A stretch of DNA of 64,000 nt from Polyangiaceae bacterium (GTDB lineage: Bacteria > Myxococcota_A > Polyangia > Polyangiales > Polyangiaceae): positions 160,001-224,000 of the forward strand of contig JAPSGB010000008.1 in NCBI GenBank assembly GCA_035063585.1. Direction: 5' to 3'. This document shows, in pieces, positions 1-10,700 of this stretch; within the stretch, counting starts at the first letter, position 1; the number at the start of each line of letters is the position of its first letter. The position numbers and the translations under genes were made by a program. Under the pieces are notes generated by a model. The model was not told the origin of the DNA and did no database searches. It worked only from the letters and a program-made list of their open reading frames with translations.

Positions 1-1670
1 GCCAGCGCCCGACCTTCGATTTTGTCATCCAGTATCTCGGTCACGGGCTATTTCCGTGGAGCGCGGTCTTGCCCTTCGCGCTCGGTCGCGTGCTCCGCGG
101 CCCGGTGGGCATCGAGGGCCCGGCGCGAGAGCGCGAGGTGGCGCTGCGCGCAGTGCTGCTGCTGGTCGCCGTGACCGGCTTCGGCGTCTACGGCGCCCTC
201 GCTCCGGCGACCGGCCACCTGCCGTACGGTCCGGTGTTCGCGCTCGCCGGTCTCGCCGCGATCGCGCTCCGGGATTTCGAGCGCGGCGCGCCCGGCTCGC
301 GGACCGTCGCGATGGGCGTCGCCGCCTTCGCGGTGCTCTTCTACGAAGATTTTCGCGAGTATCCGGTCAAGGCGCTCAGCGCCTTCGCGGCCGGCGACGC
401 CACCTTCCCGGACAGCTTCCGCGAGCCCGGCATGGCGTTCATCCGCGTCGCCACGCTGCTGCTCATCGTTGGGTTCTTCTTCTCGTTCATGGAGCGGCAA
501 GAGCCCGCGCCGCGCGTCTTCGACAAGGCCGAGTACCTGCGCTGGCCGCGTCTCATCCGCACCCTCTGGAACGGGAACCTCGCGTTCGTGCTGCTGGTCG
601 GAGAGGCCGCGCTGGTGGCCCTCGCGGCGCTCGCCTACCTGTCGCGTACGCGCCTCCACTTGAAGCAGTTCAGCGGTATCGGCGAGCAGGAGTATCTGGC
701 GCTCTACGCGGCGTGGGCGGTCCTCCCGATCGCCGTGTACCTCGCGCCGGCCGGGCTCATGGCGTCCCGCGACGCCGTGCGATGGCTCTACGCGCGCCTG
801 CCGACGACGCGCGCGGTGGGCTCGACGACCGCGGTGGTCGCCTGCGGAGCGGTCTTGAGTCTCGGCTATTATCCCCGGCTCGCGCGTCAGATCTCCCCGA
901 AGGAGGTCTTCGACTCCTACGAGGCCCACGCAGAGAAAGGTGAGGCGCTCGGTCTGGTGGGCGTCAGTACCGGGAGCGCGCGCTACTACACCGGCGGAGA
1001 GGTCCCGACCTTCCCGGAGGTCACCGCCGCGTTCGGCTGGCTCACCGCGTCTCGCGAGCGCCGTTGGCTCGCGCTCCGCTCGGGCGACTTGCCTCAGATG
1101 AACTCGCTCTATCGCGGCCAGACGCGACCGGCGCAGAACCTCCCGGTGCTCGACGCCCGCTCGAGTGAGATCCTGCTCGTCAGCAACGAGCTCCGCGCGG
1201 GCGAGAAGAACGAGAACCCGTTTCGGGACGCCATCCTGAGCGAGCCGCCGCGCCCCGCGCACCCCCTCGACGGCAACCTCGGCGGCCAGCTCGACTGCCT
1301 CGGCTGGTCGGTGACCGATCTCCGCGACCAGCCCGTCGACGGGATCGTCCCGCTCCGCACCTATCGCTTCAAGATCTACTACCGAGTGGTGGCGCCGATC
1401 GCGGGTAACTGGGAGACGTTCATCCACATCGACGGGTTCCAACGTCGCTACAACGGCGACCACAAGACGCTCGGTGGCAAGTACCCCTTGAACCTATGGC
1501 GCGTGGGCGACTTCATCGTGGATTCACACGAGATCGCGCTCGAACCGAACTTCACCCCCGGCAAGTATCAAGTGTTCTTCGGCCTCTTCATCGGGGACCG
1601 CCGCCTGGAGGTGAAGCGTGGCGCCCAGAGCGAGAATCGGCTGGACGGCGGGCCGATCCGCGTCGAGTAG
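1..1670 (+). CDS. GT-C superfamily (ArnT/PMT, GT39/GT83-like) membrane glycosyltransferase with C-terminal periplasmic domain; 5'-truncated by window edge
   Basis: Frame is open from nt 3 (QRPTFDFVIQYLGHGLFPWS, an ArnT/PMT-type G-x-FPW motif). Many TM segments, then a soluble beta-rich C-terminal domain (WETFIHIDG...NGDH...WRVGDFIVD). Confidence 0.65.
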   Translation, partial: QRPTFDFVIQYLGHGLFPWSAVLPFALGRVLRGPVGIEGPAREREVALRAVLLLVAVTGFGVYGALAPATGHLPYGPVFALAGLAAIALRDFERGAPGSRTVAMGVAAFAVLFYEDFREYPVKALSAFAAGDATFPDSFREPGMAFIRVATLLLIVGFFFSFMERQEPAPRVFDKAEYLRWPRLIRTLWNGNLAFVLLVGEAALVALAALAYLSRTRLHLKQFSGIGEQEYLALYAAWAVLPIAVYLAPAGLMASRDAVRWLYARLPTTRAVGSTTAVVACGAVLSLGYYPRLARQISPKEVFDSYEAHAEKGEALGLVGVSTGSARYYTGGEVPTFPEVTAAFGWLTASRERRWLALRSGDLPQMNSLYRGQTRPAQNLPVLDARSSEILLVSNELRAGEKNENPFRDAILSEPPRPAHPLDGNLGGQLDCLGWSVTDLRDQPVDGIVPLRTYRFKIYYRVVAPIAGNWETFIHIDGFQRRYNGDHKTLGGKYPLNLWRVGDFIVDSHEIALEPNFTPGKYQVFFGLFIGDRRLEVKRGAQSENRLDGGPIRVE

Positions 1671-1812
1671 TCGGTCGTTCTGGGGGTCGTCCCGGCGCGA
1701 ATCCGCGCGTGGCGAGCACGGTGCGCGTCGTGAGCACCGCGCTCGGGCACCAATCACGCGCGCTCGGGCGTCGAGGCGTGACACGCGCTCGGAACGGGGC
1801 TAAGGCCGCTGG

Positions 1813-2199
1813 GTGAGCGAACCCCCGGGGAGCCACGGCCCAGAGGGCAAGAACCGGCGCACCGTCGAGCGCGTCGAGGTGGTGTGGTCGGTGGACTGCA
1901 CCACCGAGCAGACGTTCCTCTACGCGAGCATCACCAACATCTCCGCGCTCGGCATCTTCGTGCAGACGAACGAGCCGCTCCCGGTCGGCACGCACATGAC
2001 GTTGCGCTTCGCGCCGCCTGGCTCGCAGGAGCCGTTCGTGGTGCCAGGCGTCGTTCAGTGGCTGAACCCGGTGCGACCGATGGCCGAGAACCTCAACCCA
2101 GGGATGGGGATCCGCTTCGTCGGGCTCTCGCTGGAGGACCGCGAGCGGCTGGTCGAGGCGATCCACACCATCGCGTACGTCCGCGACGGGACCAACTGA
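1813..2199 (+). CDS. Stand-alone PilZ-domain protein (myxobacterial TIGR02266 type)
   Basis: RTVER (RxxxR), NISALG (NxSxxG), GIFV, GVVQW and PGMGIRF motifs. Confidence 0.85.
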   Translation: MSEPPGSHGPEGKNRRTVERVEVVWSVDCTTEQTFLYASITNISALGIFVQTNEPLPVGTHMTLRFAPPGSQEPFVVPGVVQWLNPVRPMAENLNPGMGIRFVGLSLEDRERLVEAIHTIAYVRDGTN

Positions 2200-2239
2200 G
2201 CCGGCCTTCGGCGAACCGATTCGCGCCGCGGGCTCGAAG

Positions 2240-3343
2240 TCAGTCGGCCGAGCCCGTTGGCGCCGGCGCGGCGGGCCCCGCCGGCGCCGGCTTTGCGGCG
2301 GCCGCGGCGGCCGCGGCGGGCCGAGGACGCTCGCTCGCGCGCGCGGCCGTGGCGTCGTCGCTGCGGCCGTCCAGCGTGTCGAGGGCTCGTCGCGCTCGGT
2401 CGGTGTAGCTCCCGTTAGCGAGCAGGAGCTGGTAGTTGCGGCGCGCGCGCTCGAGCTGACCGAGCGTGCGATAGCAGTCGGCTGCGAGCCAGGTCGCCTC
2501 GTCACCGATGGCGCTCCCTCGGTAGCGCGAGCCGACGTCATCGAAGCGCGCCGCGGCGGCCCCGCAGCCCGCGCTGTTGCGGAGCGAGCGCGCGGCGTAG
2601 AGCGCCGCGGAGCCCGCTTCCGAGCCTCCGGCCGCCGCGATCGCGTCGAAGCTCCGGGTGGCCTCCGCGTAACGACCGGTCCGATAGGCGGCCATCGCCG
2701 CCTCGTAGGCTCCCGGCCCTGCGTCCTCGGCCCCGTCGGGGCTCGCCGATGGTTCGATGGTGTCACGCGCGGCCCCCGCGCTGGCCGAGGGTTGGCGGTC
2801 CTCCGCCTCGGGCTCGCGCGCCTCCTCGCTCGCGGCGCTCCCTCGCTCGCGGCGCGCGCGCTTCTCCTCGAGAGGTGCCCCGTGCGAGTCTTCGCCGTCC
2901 GTGCGCGGCAGCGGGACGATGGCGACCGGTTCACGTTCGCTCTCCGGGACTCCGCGCTCGGTGACCTGAACCGACTCGCGCGCGCCGGGGCGCGTCTTCA
3001 CGAGCAGCAGGCTGGAGCCGATCATGAGCAGCAAGAGCGCGGCCATGGCGAGCTGCGGGCGCATGGTGTAGCTCGCCAGGATGGAGACCGCGCGCCCGAA
3101 TCGCTTGCGAAGCGGCAGCACCGCCGTGGCCTGACGCTCCGCTTCCAGGATACGCGCCGCGAGCGTGGCGGGCGGCGCATCGAGCGGTAGCACGCCCACC
3201 TCACGGGTGGCTCGGAGGCCTGCGACGATGGCGCGGCACCGAGCACATTGCTCGACGTGCCGCTTGGCCGCGGCGCGAGTCAGCTCATCGAGCTCGTCGT
3301 AGAGCAGGTCGAGCACGATTCGATCGAACTTCTCGCAGTCCAC
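2240..3343 (-). CDS. Zinc-binding anti-sigma factor (zf-HC2/ZAS) with TM helix and periplasmic TPR-like domain
   Basis: N-terminal C...HVEQCARC (HxxxCxxC), TM segment AMAALLLLMIGSSLLLV, TPR-like C-terminus. Lies directly downstream of the ECF sigma gene. Confidence 0.85.
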   Translation of the reverse strand: MDCEKFDRIVLDLLYDELDELTRAAAKRHVEQCARCRAIVAGLRATREVGVLPLDAPPATLAARILEAERQATAVLPLRKRFGRAVSILASYTMRPQLAMAALLLLMIGSSLLLVKTRPGARESVQVTERGVPESEREPVAIVPLPRTDGEDSHGAPLEEKRARRERGSAASEEAREPEAEDRQPSASAGAARDTIEPSASPDGAEDAGPGAYEAAMAAYRTGRYAEATRSFDAIAAAGGSEAGSAALYAARSLRNSAGCGAAAARFDDVGSRYRGSAIGDEATWLAADCYRTLGQLERARRNYQLLLANGSYTDRARRALDTLDGRSDDATAARASERPRPAAAAAAAAKPAPAGPAAPAPTGSAD

Positions 3344-3357
3344 CTCGATACCTCGAT

Positions 3358-3981
3358 TCAGCGCAGCGCCCGCGCGTACTCATCGAACTCGGAGAGGGCG
3401 TCTTTCAGCCGGTCGAGCGCGTAGCGCATGCGGCTCTTGATCGTGTTCTCTCCGACTCCGGTGATTTCTGCGATGTCCTTGAAGGGCAAGTTGGCGATCT
3501 CCCGGAGCAGGAAGACCTCGCGCTGGTCGTCGGGGAGCGCCTCGATCGCCGCGACGATCCTGTCTCTTACCTCGGAGGCGGCCGCGCTCCGTTCGACGCT
3601 GGCGCGCGGGTGGGGATCCGCGACGCTCTCGACGAGCGGGGCCCCTCCTGCTCCTTCACGACCCGGCGGCGGCGCGTCGAGCGAAGGGTGGCGGCGATGG
3701 CTGAGCTTGCGGACCTGGTCGATGCACTGGTTCCGGGCGATGGTGTAGAGCCAGGTCGAGAAGCGGGCCTCGTGCTTGAAGTCTGCGGCGTTCTGGACGA
3801 GCCGGAGGAAGACGTCCTGGGTGACGTCTTCGGTGAGCGCCCGGTGGCGGAGCTGCCGGAGCACGAAGTTGTAGATAGGGGTCTCGTAACGCCGTACGAG
3901 CTCACCGAAAGCGTCACGGTCGCCGCGCTGATAACGCACCATGAGCATCTCGTCGCTCGCATCTCCCCTGTCGCCTGCCAT
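3358..3981 (-). CDS. ECF (sigma-70 group 4) RNA polymerase sigma factor
   Basis: Region 2 motifs EDVTQDVF and FSTWLYTIARN; region 4 motif LPDDQREVFLLRE...TIKSRMRYA. ATG at 3981 chosen as the probable start. Confidence 0.92.
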   Translation of the reverse strand: MAGDRGDASDEMLMVRYQRGDRDAFGELVRRYETPIYNFVLRQLRHRALTEDVTQDVFLRLVQNAADFKHEARFSTWLYTIARNQCIDQVRKLSHRRHPSLDAPPPGREGAGGAPLVESVADPHPRASVERSAAASEVRDRIVAAIEALPDDQREVFLLREIANLPFKDIAEITGVGENTIKSRMRYALDRLKDALSEFDEYARALR

Positions 3982-4391
3982 CCCGGTCACCTCGCGCTCG
4001 TGGAGTGAAGGTGGGGCGGTGACGCGGGCGGAAAAAGCCAGGTCCCCGGCAGCCCGGTGACCGGTCCTGCCGAGGCGCGTTGTTTCAGACGTCCCTGCAC
4101 GGGGTTCGATCTGGTAGTCAGTGACCCGCCGCCACCCTACCCTTCGCTCGCCAATCGCTGCAATGGACGATCCCGGCTCAGCAGGGCGGCTCCCGGGACG
4201 GGCGTCAATTATGCTCGACGCGCGTGGTTTCAGGCTACTGGGGGCCGCGGCCCCCGGCTCGGCGCACAAAACCTGCTTGCCGGCACCGGTTGCAGTCTGC
4301 TCGAATCCCGCTCATAAGGTTCGAGCGACGCTCGGCGCGCGTTGGTTGCGGCGGCGGCTGGCTTATTCATTGGAATCGGAGAGGGAGAGCG

Positions 4392-5297
4392 ATGCGAATT
4401 CCCAAGGCACTGTGGTTGGTGACCGTTGTGTCGGCGCTCTACGCGTCGGCGGCCGCCGCGCAAGGCACCGGTAGCGCCGCGGCATCGACGCCGGCGGGGG
4501 CCGCTACGGCGAGCGCCAGCGCGGCGCCGGCCGCCAGCGCGGCGCCGGCCGCCAGCGCGGCGCCGGCCACCAGCGCGGCGCCGGCCGACTCTGCGCAACC
4601 CGCCGCAGCCGCGTCCGCTCCGGCCGGCGCGAGCGCTGCCCCGGCGTCTCCTGGAAGCGCGACGCCACCGGCGCCGGCCGCCAGCGATACGATGGACGGC
4701 TCCACGTATCTCATCCGACTCCGAGACATCGAGCAGCGCGTCGACGAGCTCAAAGAGCAAATCCGGCGCAGCCACACCCGGTTGAGCCTCCTGAGCGACA
4801 CCATCCTGTCAGGGGGCGTCGGCGGGGCGCGAGCGGAGATCAAGTTCACGAACGACATGAGCAGCGCGTTCCGGCTCACCCGGGCGCTCTTCGTGCTCGA
4901 CGGCGCGGTCCAGTACAACAAGCAGGATGACTCGGGGGCTTTGGCTTCGCAGCGCGAGATCCCCATCTTCAGCGGCTCGATCCCGCCCGGGGATCACACG
5001 CTGCAGGTCTTGGTTCAGCTCACCGGGCACGGCTACGGCGTGTTCTCTTACCTCAGGGGCTACCACTTCGAGGTCAAGTCCAGCCACTCCTTCACCGTGA
5101 CCGAAGGTAAGACGATTCGGCTCGACGCGATCGCCTGGGAAAAGGGCGGCGTCACGACGCCGCTCGAGCAGCGTCCGGCGGTGCGCTACGTCGAGAAGCT
5201 CTCTTCCGGCGGTAGCGCACCCTCCAGCGCCGCGACCCCGGCGTCGTCCTCTCCCGGTGTCTCCGGCGGCATCTCGATCGGCACGGGAGGCAAGTAA
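4392..5297 (+). CDS. Secreted protein with Ala/Pro/Ser linker, coiled coil and beta-sandwich-like domain; first gene of the Glt-like operon
   Basis: Purine-rich RBS (GGAGAGGGAGAG), signal peptide MRIPKALWLV...AAAQ, coiled coil LRDIEQRVDELKEQI. Its stop overlaps the next start (TAATG). Confidence 0.7.
   Translation: MRIPKALWLVTVVSALYASAAAAQGTGSAAASTPAGAATASASAAPAASAAPAASAAPATSAAPADSAQPAAAASAPAGASAAPASPGSATPPAPAASDTMDGSTYLIRLRDIEQRVDELKEQIRRSHTRLSLLSDTILSGGVGGARAEIKFTNDMSSAFRLTRALFVLDGAVQYNKQDDSGALASQREIPIFSGSIPPGDHTLQVLVQLTGHGYGVFSYLRGYHFEVKSSHSFTVTEGKTIRLDAIAWEKGGVTTPLEQRPAVRYVEKLSSGGSAPSSAATPASSSPGVSGGISIGTGGK
4515..4586 (+). repeat. 4 x 18-bp coding tandem repeat GCCAGCGCGGCGCCGGCC (ASAAPA)
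   Basis: Read directly; the 4th copy has one substitution. Confidence 0.9.
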
Positions 5298-7735
5298 TGC
5301 CCAGTCGACGCGCGCCCGGATGGGCGTTGCTCGTCGCGCTCGCGGCGACCGGAGCCGCGCGGCCAGCGCTCGCGCTCAGCCCGGCGGACGCGAAGAGCCG
5401 CGCCGAGGGCGCGGTGCGAGAGGTGGAAGCGAACGTCGGCGCGGTGCAGGCCGCGGCGGCCAGCGCGGCGCGGCAGCGGATCACTCCGGAGCAGCGGATC
5501 GCCGCCGGCGAGCTGTTGCTCCGGAACAAGGACTACGACGCTGCCATCGATCTCCTAAGTCAGGTGGTGGAGCTCCATCGTCAGGGCAAGGCCAACGAGG
5601 CTTCCAACGCGGACGCGAGCTTCCTCCTCGCGGGCGCGTATTTCGAGTCGAAGCAGTATGCCTCCGCGCGCCGCTATTACCGGGCGGTGCTCGACCAGGC
5701 CGCGCGCGCCCCGTACGACGCCTACGCTGGGCGCTCGCTCAGCCGCTTGGTCGACATCGCCCTGCACACCTCCGACCTCGACAGTCTGGACGACATCTTC
5801 GCGCGGATGAACCAGCTCCCCGCCTCGGACGCCTCCGGGTCGCTCCAGTACGCGCACGCCAAGGCGTATTTCGCGCGGCATGATTTCGCGGCGGCTCGGG
5901 CCGCCGCCTCGGGGGTTCGCGCCGATTCGCCCTACTCCTATCAAGCCCAGTATCTGCTCGGAGCCGTGCTCGTGCGAGAGGCGACGCCGGCGCCTCCGCC
6001 CGCTCCCGAGCCGCCCACCACCGCCGCTGCCGCCCCGGTCGCGGCCGCCCCAGCGGCCGCCGGCGAGCTCGCCCCGCCGACCAAGGCCCGCTACGCCGCG
6101 GCGATCGAGCAGTTTCGAGCGGTGACGCGTCTCTCCCCGGATACCGATGCCCATCGGCACGTGATCGATCTCGCGTGGATGGCGATCGGGCGGCTCTTCT
6201 ACGAGACTAGCGGCTACCTCGACGCCGCCGACGCCTACAGCCACGTGGATCGCACCTCGCCCGAATTCAACGCGATGCTCTACGAGCTCGCGTGGGTGTA
6301 TGTGCGCCTGGGCGACTATCAACGAGCGCAGCGCGCGCTCGAGGTGCTAAGCATCACCGATCCGGGCTCCCTCCAGTTCGCTGATGGCTCGCTCCTGCGC
6401 GCCGACCTCATGTTGCGCTCCGGGCAGTTCGAGAAGGCGCTCGCGCTCTACGAGAGCGTTCACGATCGATTCGACCCGATTCGGGCGCAGGTCGACGAGT
6501 TCCTGAAGACGACCAACGACCCGGTCATCTATTACCAAGAGCTCGTCTCGGACGAGTTCGAGGCCGCCGAGCTCCAGCTCCCGAAGCTGTCGCCGATCAT
6601 CATCGAGTGGGCAAAACAGCAAGCCGAAGACGATCGCGCGTTCGCGCTCATCGATGACGTCAAGCGTTCGCGGACCTTGATGAAGCGCTCGCGGGCGCTC
6701 GTGCGCAAGCTGGAGGCCGTGCTCGCGTCGGGCACGCGTGTTCGCGCGTTTCCCGAGCTCAAGGCCCAGCTCGAAGCGGCGCTCGGGCTCACCAACAAGC
6801 TCGCCGGCGCGCGCCGGACGCTCGCCGAGGGGATGGATGACGCCGCGGGCTCCGGGGGCGGCGAGCTCGCCCAGGTCCGTGCGCAGCGTCGCGCGCTCAT
6901 GAAGCGGATGAGCCAGCTCCCCGTCACCGACGGTGATTTCCTGCGTCGTGAGTCGAGTGGCGAGCGGCAGTGGAATCAGATGTCTCAAGCGCTCCAGCGG
7001 CTCAGCCTGGAGGCGGACAAGCTCCAGGCGATCGTGAACGGGCTCCAGCGAGTCCTGAAGGACGCCGATCAGTTCGGCGTGACGCGTGACCTCGCGAGTC
7101 GCCAGCGCTTTCAAGCGGAGATCGAGGCGAACGAGCGCGAGATCGCGGTCTATCGCAAGAAGATTACCGAGTACCGCGAGGTGATCGAGCTCGGGCGTTC
7201 GCAGATCGGTCTCGGCGACCAACGCTACGTGGAGGATGACGCCACGCGAAAGCAGTTCCGCACGCTGTTCGCGCGCGAGGTGGAGCTCGCGGCTTCCGGC
7301 CAGGACGGCGGGGACGCCCAGGCGTACGCGAGAGCGATCCAGGCGCTGCTCGCTCGGCTCGACGCAGCCGAAGGCCGGCTCGATTCGGCTCGGGGCACCA
7401 TCGAGCGGCAGGTCGCGGAGCAGACCCGCTCGCTCTCCGCGGAGATCGCCCAGGAGTCCGCGAACCTCGAGCAGTACGCCGGGCGACTCGACGAGCTCGA
7501 CGCCGAGGCGCGCACCCTCGTCGGCGAGGTGGCGATGCGGAATTTTGGGCTGGTTCGCGATCGACTGAAGAACATCGTCCTCCGCGCGGACGTCGGCATC
7601 GTGCAAGAGGCGTGGGAGGTCCGCGAAGAGGAGCGAATGCGCGTCATCGACCTGCAGCGCGAGCGGGCCCAGGAGGATCAGCAATTGAACGACGAGCTCC
7701 GTGAGGTTCTCGACGACGCGGAGGAGTCGCCATGA
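5297..7735 (+). CDS. Periplasmic TPR/coiled-coil protein, GltC-like
   Basis: Signal peptide, multiple TPRs (e.g. MLYELAWVYVRLGDYQRAQRAL), long helical C-terminus, and position ahead of the GltD/E/F-like genes. Confidence 0.7.
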   Translation: MPSRRAPGWALLVALAATGAARPALALSPADAKSRAEGAVREVEANVGAVQAAAASAARQRITPEQRIAAGELLLRNKDYDAAIDLLSQVVELHRQGKANEASNADASFLLAGAYFESKQYASARRYYRAVLDQAARAPYDAYAGRSLSRLVDIALHTSDLDSLDDIFARMNQLPASDASGSLQYAHAKAYFARHDFAAARAAASGVRADSPYSYQAQYLLGAVLVREATPAPPPAPEPPTTAAAAPVAAAPAAAGELAPPTKARYAAAIEQFRAVTRLSPDTDAHRHVIDLAWMAIGRLFYETSGYLDAADAYSHVDRTSPEFNAMLYELAWVYVRLGDYQRAQRALEVLSITDPGSLQFADGSLLRADLMLRSGQFEKALALYESVHDRFDPIRAQVDEFLKTTNDPVIYYQELVSDEFEAAELQLPKLSPIIIEWAKQQAEDDRAFALIDDVKRSRTLMKRSRALVRKLEAVLASGTRVRAFPELKAQLEAALGLTNKLAGARRTLAEGMDDAAGSGGGELAQVRAQRRALMKRMSQLPVTDGDFLRRESSGERQWNQMSQALQRLSLEADKLQAIVNGLQRVLKDADQFGVTRDLASRQRFQAEIEANEREIAVYRKKITEYREVIELGRSQIGLGDQRYVEDDATRKQFRTLFAREVELAASGQDGGDAQAYARAIQALLARLDAAEGRLDSARGTIERQVAEQTRSLSAEIAQESANLEQYAGRLDELDAEARTLVGEVAMRNFGLVRDRLKNIVLRADVGIVQEAWEVREEERMRVIDLQRERAQEDQQLNDELREVLDDAEESP

Positions 7736-10700
7736 GGATGCGTCGCTCCACCACGATGTTCATGAGTCGCTTCATCGTCAGCGCCGCCGGCCTCGCCGTG
7801 CTGACCACCCCCGTCACGGCCTTCTCTCAGCCGGCCGCACCTGCGGCGAGTGCCGCACCGGCCGCCACCGCGCCGACCGCGTCGGCGAGCGCCGCGCCGG
7901 CCGCCACCGCGCCGACCGCGTCGGCGACCGCCGCGCCGCCGACTACCGCCACTGCGGGCTTGCGCACCGCGGCCCCGCCGCCACCCGCGCCGACACCCGA
8001 GCAGCGTCGCGCGCTCGCGATCCTGCAAGAGGACGCCCAGGAGTACGAGCGCGGCGCGAGGGACTTCCGCGACACCCTGACCCTCATCGTCCGTCATCAT
8101 TACGAGGAGAAGCGACGGCGCGTCCTCGGTAACCTCGATCAGCAGATCCAGGAGGAGCAGAAGGCGCTGGTCGCAGCGCGTGACGAGGCCATCCAGCGTC
8201 TCGAGAAGTTCGTCGCGCTCTATAGCGGAGCGAACGCCGACCCCAAGGCGACCCCCGACGCCATGTTTCGGCTCGCGGCGCTCTACGAGGAGCGCGCACG
8301 CGCGAGCACGGACGCCGATTTGGCACCCGGACTGAAGCCGGCCATCGATCTCTACCTTCGCATCGTCCAAGAATTCCCGAGCTACGAGGAGATCGCCGCC
8401 GTCCACTACTACCTTGGTCACGCCTTCACGGACGCCGGCGAGCTCGACGAGGGCCAGCAGGCCTGGCGGGCGCTCGTGTGTGCGAACAAGTACCAGGTCA
8501 AGGTCGACCCCGCGGACACCGGCAAGATCGTCGTGCAGCCGCTCGATCAGGACCACGACGAGAAGTTCTGGACCGAGTGGTATAACCAGCATCCGCTGCC
8601 GCTCGATCAGGCCGCGAAGGGCCGACCCGCCGCCGGTGCGAAGGCTGCGCCGAAGGACGAGGAGCTCGCCTTCCGTGATCCGTACCCGGGGGAGTGTAAG
8701 GCGATCGCTCAAGCGACCGAGCCTGGCGCCGAGCCACGGTATCTTGGAGAGGTCTGGTGGAAGTTGGGAGATTTCCACTTCGACCAGATCGATCCGCGGG
8801 GAGGCCCTTACAACCTGAATCGGGCCATCAGCGCGTACCGCCACTCGATGGAGTACAAGAAGCCGCCGCTCTACGGCGTGGCGATGTACAAGCTCGCGTG
8901 GAGCTACTACAAGCAGCAGCGCTATCACGCCGCGGTCGACGAGTTCGTGAAGCTCCTCTTCTACACCGACGACCAAGAAGAGAAGACCGGCGATCCGGGG
9001 GCTGATTTCCGGAGCGAGGCCTACACGTATATCGCCGGATCGCTCACCTACGTCGATTTCGACGGCCCGCCCGACGGCGACCCGTACATCGCTCGCAATG
9101 ACGTCCTCGACACCGAGACGAATCCGGTCGTCGCGGAGCAGAAGATGGCGATCGCGATCGAGCGCGTCCAAGATCCGAAGCTCATCCCGCAAGATCGGAA
9201 GTGGACGGTCGAGATCTACAAGGCGCTCGCCCACGAGTTCATCGACATCACGCAGAACCGGAACGCCATCGCGACGCTCGAGCTCACGCTCCGGAAGTTC
9301 CCGCTCGATCGCGACGCCCCGGTCATGCAAAATAAGGTGGCCGAGCTCTACGATCAGCTCGCGCGGCTGGCCCCGGACGGCTCGGCCGCCAAGGCCGAGT
9401 ACACGCAGAAGGCGCTCGAGGCCCGCACGCGGCTCGCCGAGTACGTGGGCGTCGGCAAGCCGTGGGTCGAGGCCAACAAGGACGACGCCGAGGCGCTGAA
9501 TCAGGCCGAGTTGCTCGTGAAGAACGGGCTCAAGCGGGCCGCCGCCGATCACACCAACGAGGCGCGCGCGCTCTATCAGAAGGCGCTTGGGCTCAGCGAC
9601 GCCGGCGAGCAGAAGGCCCTCATCGAGAAGGCGATCAGCGAATATCGCTTCGCCGAGTCGGGCTGGCGCGCCTACTACGAGCAGGACCCAAACGCGACCG
9701 ACGCCTACGAGAGCAAGTGGTGGATGGCCGACGCCCGCTATTGGGTGGTCGTGTTGCAGATCGCCATCGGCACCTCGCCGGCGCCCGACGAGATCGTCGG
9801 CGCGCGCCGGGCGCTCGCCGACGTCCGCGACTCGAACGAGGACGACAAGTACCTGCAGCCGGCTGCTTATGACCTCGTCACGATCGCGGAGCGGCTCCTC
9901 CAGGACGAGTATCGGAAGTATCAGGACTCGAACGGCGCGCAGGGGATCGAGAAGCGGGACGAGGTCCACTTCTCGGGTGAAGGGGACACGAGGAAGGTCG
10001 TCGTCGATCCGGTGCCCGCGGCCGTAGCCGAGACGATCAAGGCGCGCGACGAGTATAACGCTCGGATCCCCTTGGATCGGGATCCCGAGAAGAACGGCCC
10101 GCTCTATCAGTTCCAGGCCGGTGACTACTTCTTCGTGTACGGTCACTTCGACGACGCGCGGAAGCGATTCCAGCCGCTCTACGATCAGTTCTGCGGGAAG
10201 AACGAGTGGGGCTACAAGTCCTGGGAGAAGCTGGTCAGCATGGCGGCGCTCGAGAGCAACGCGGCCGAGAGCCGCAAGCTCGCCGAAGGCAAGAGCTGCG
10301 CTTACGACGAGGAGTCGAAGGTCGCCGAGGACAAGCTGAGAAAGCCGGTCCTGCAGGGGGCAGCCTATCTCGACGCGCGCCGGCTCTACGAAGAGGCCGA
10401 GAAGATGCCGGACGGCCCCGAGCGCGCGAAGAAGTGGCGTCAGGCGGCGGCGGCTTACAAGGTCGCTCTCGACGCCGCTCCGGATCGCGACGAGGCGCCC
10501 GAAGCCGCGATGAACGGCGCGTACGCCTACAAACAGGTCGGCGAGTACGACAAGGCCATCGCGATGTACGAGCTCTTCATCGCCAAGTACGGCGACGACA
10601 AGACGCTCGCGCGGCTGAAGAACGGAGATCCTGGCGCCAAGCCCCCGGTGGCGCCGGACCCGAAGAAGTACGAGGAGCGCACTCAGTTCCTGAAGGGCGC

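Noticed and set aside
3982..4269. N-terminal extension of the ECF sigma in the ORF track
   Set aside because: Low-complexity sequence with no sigma features; probably intergenic promoter DNA.
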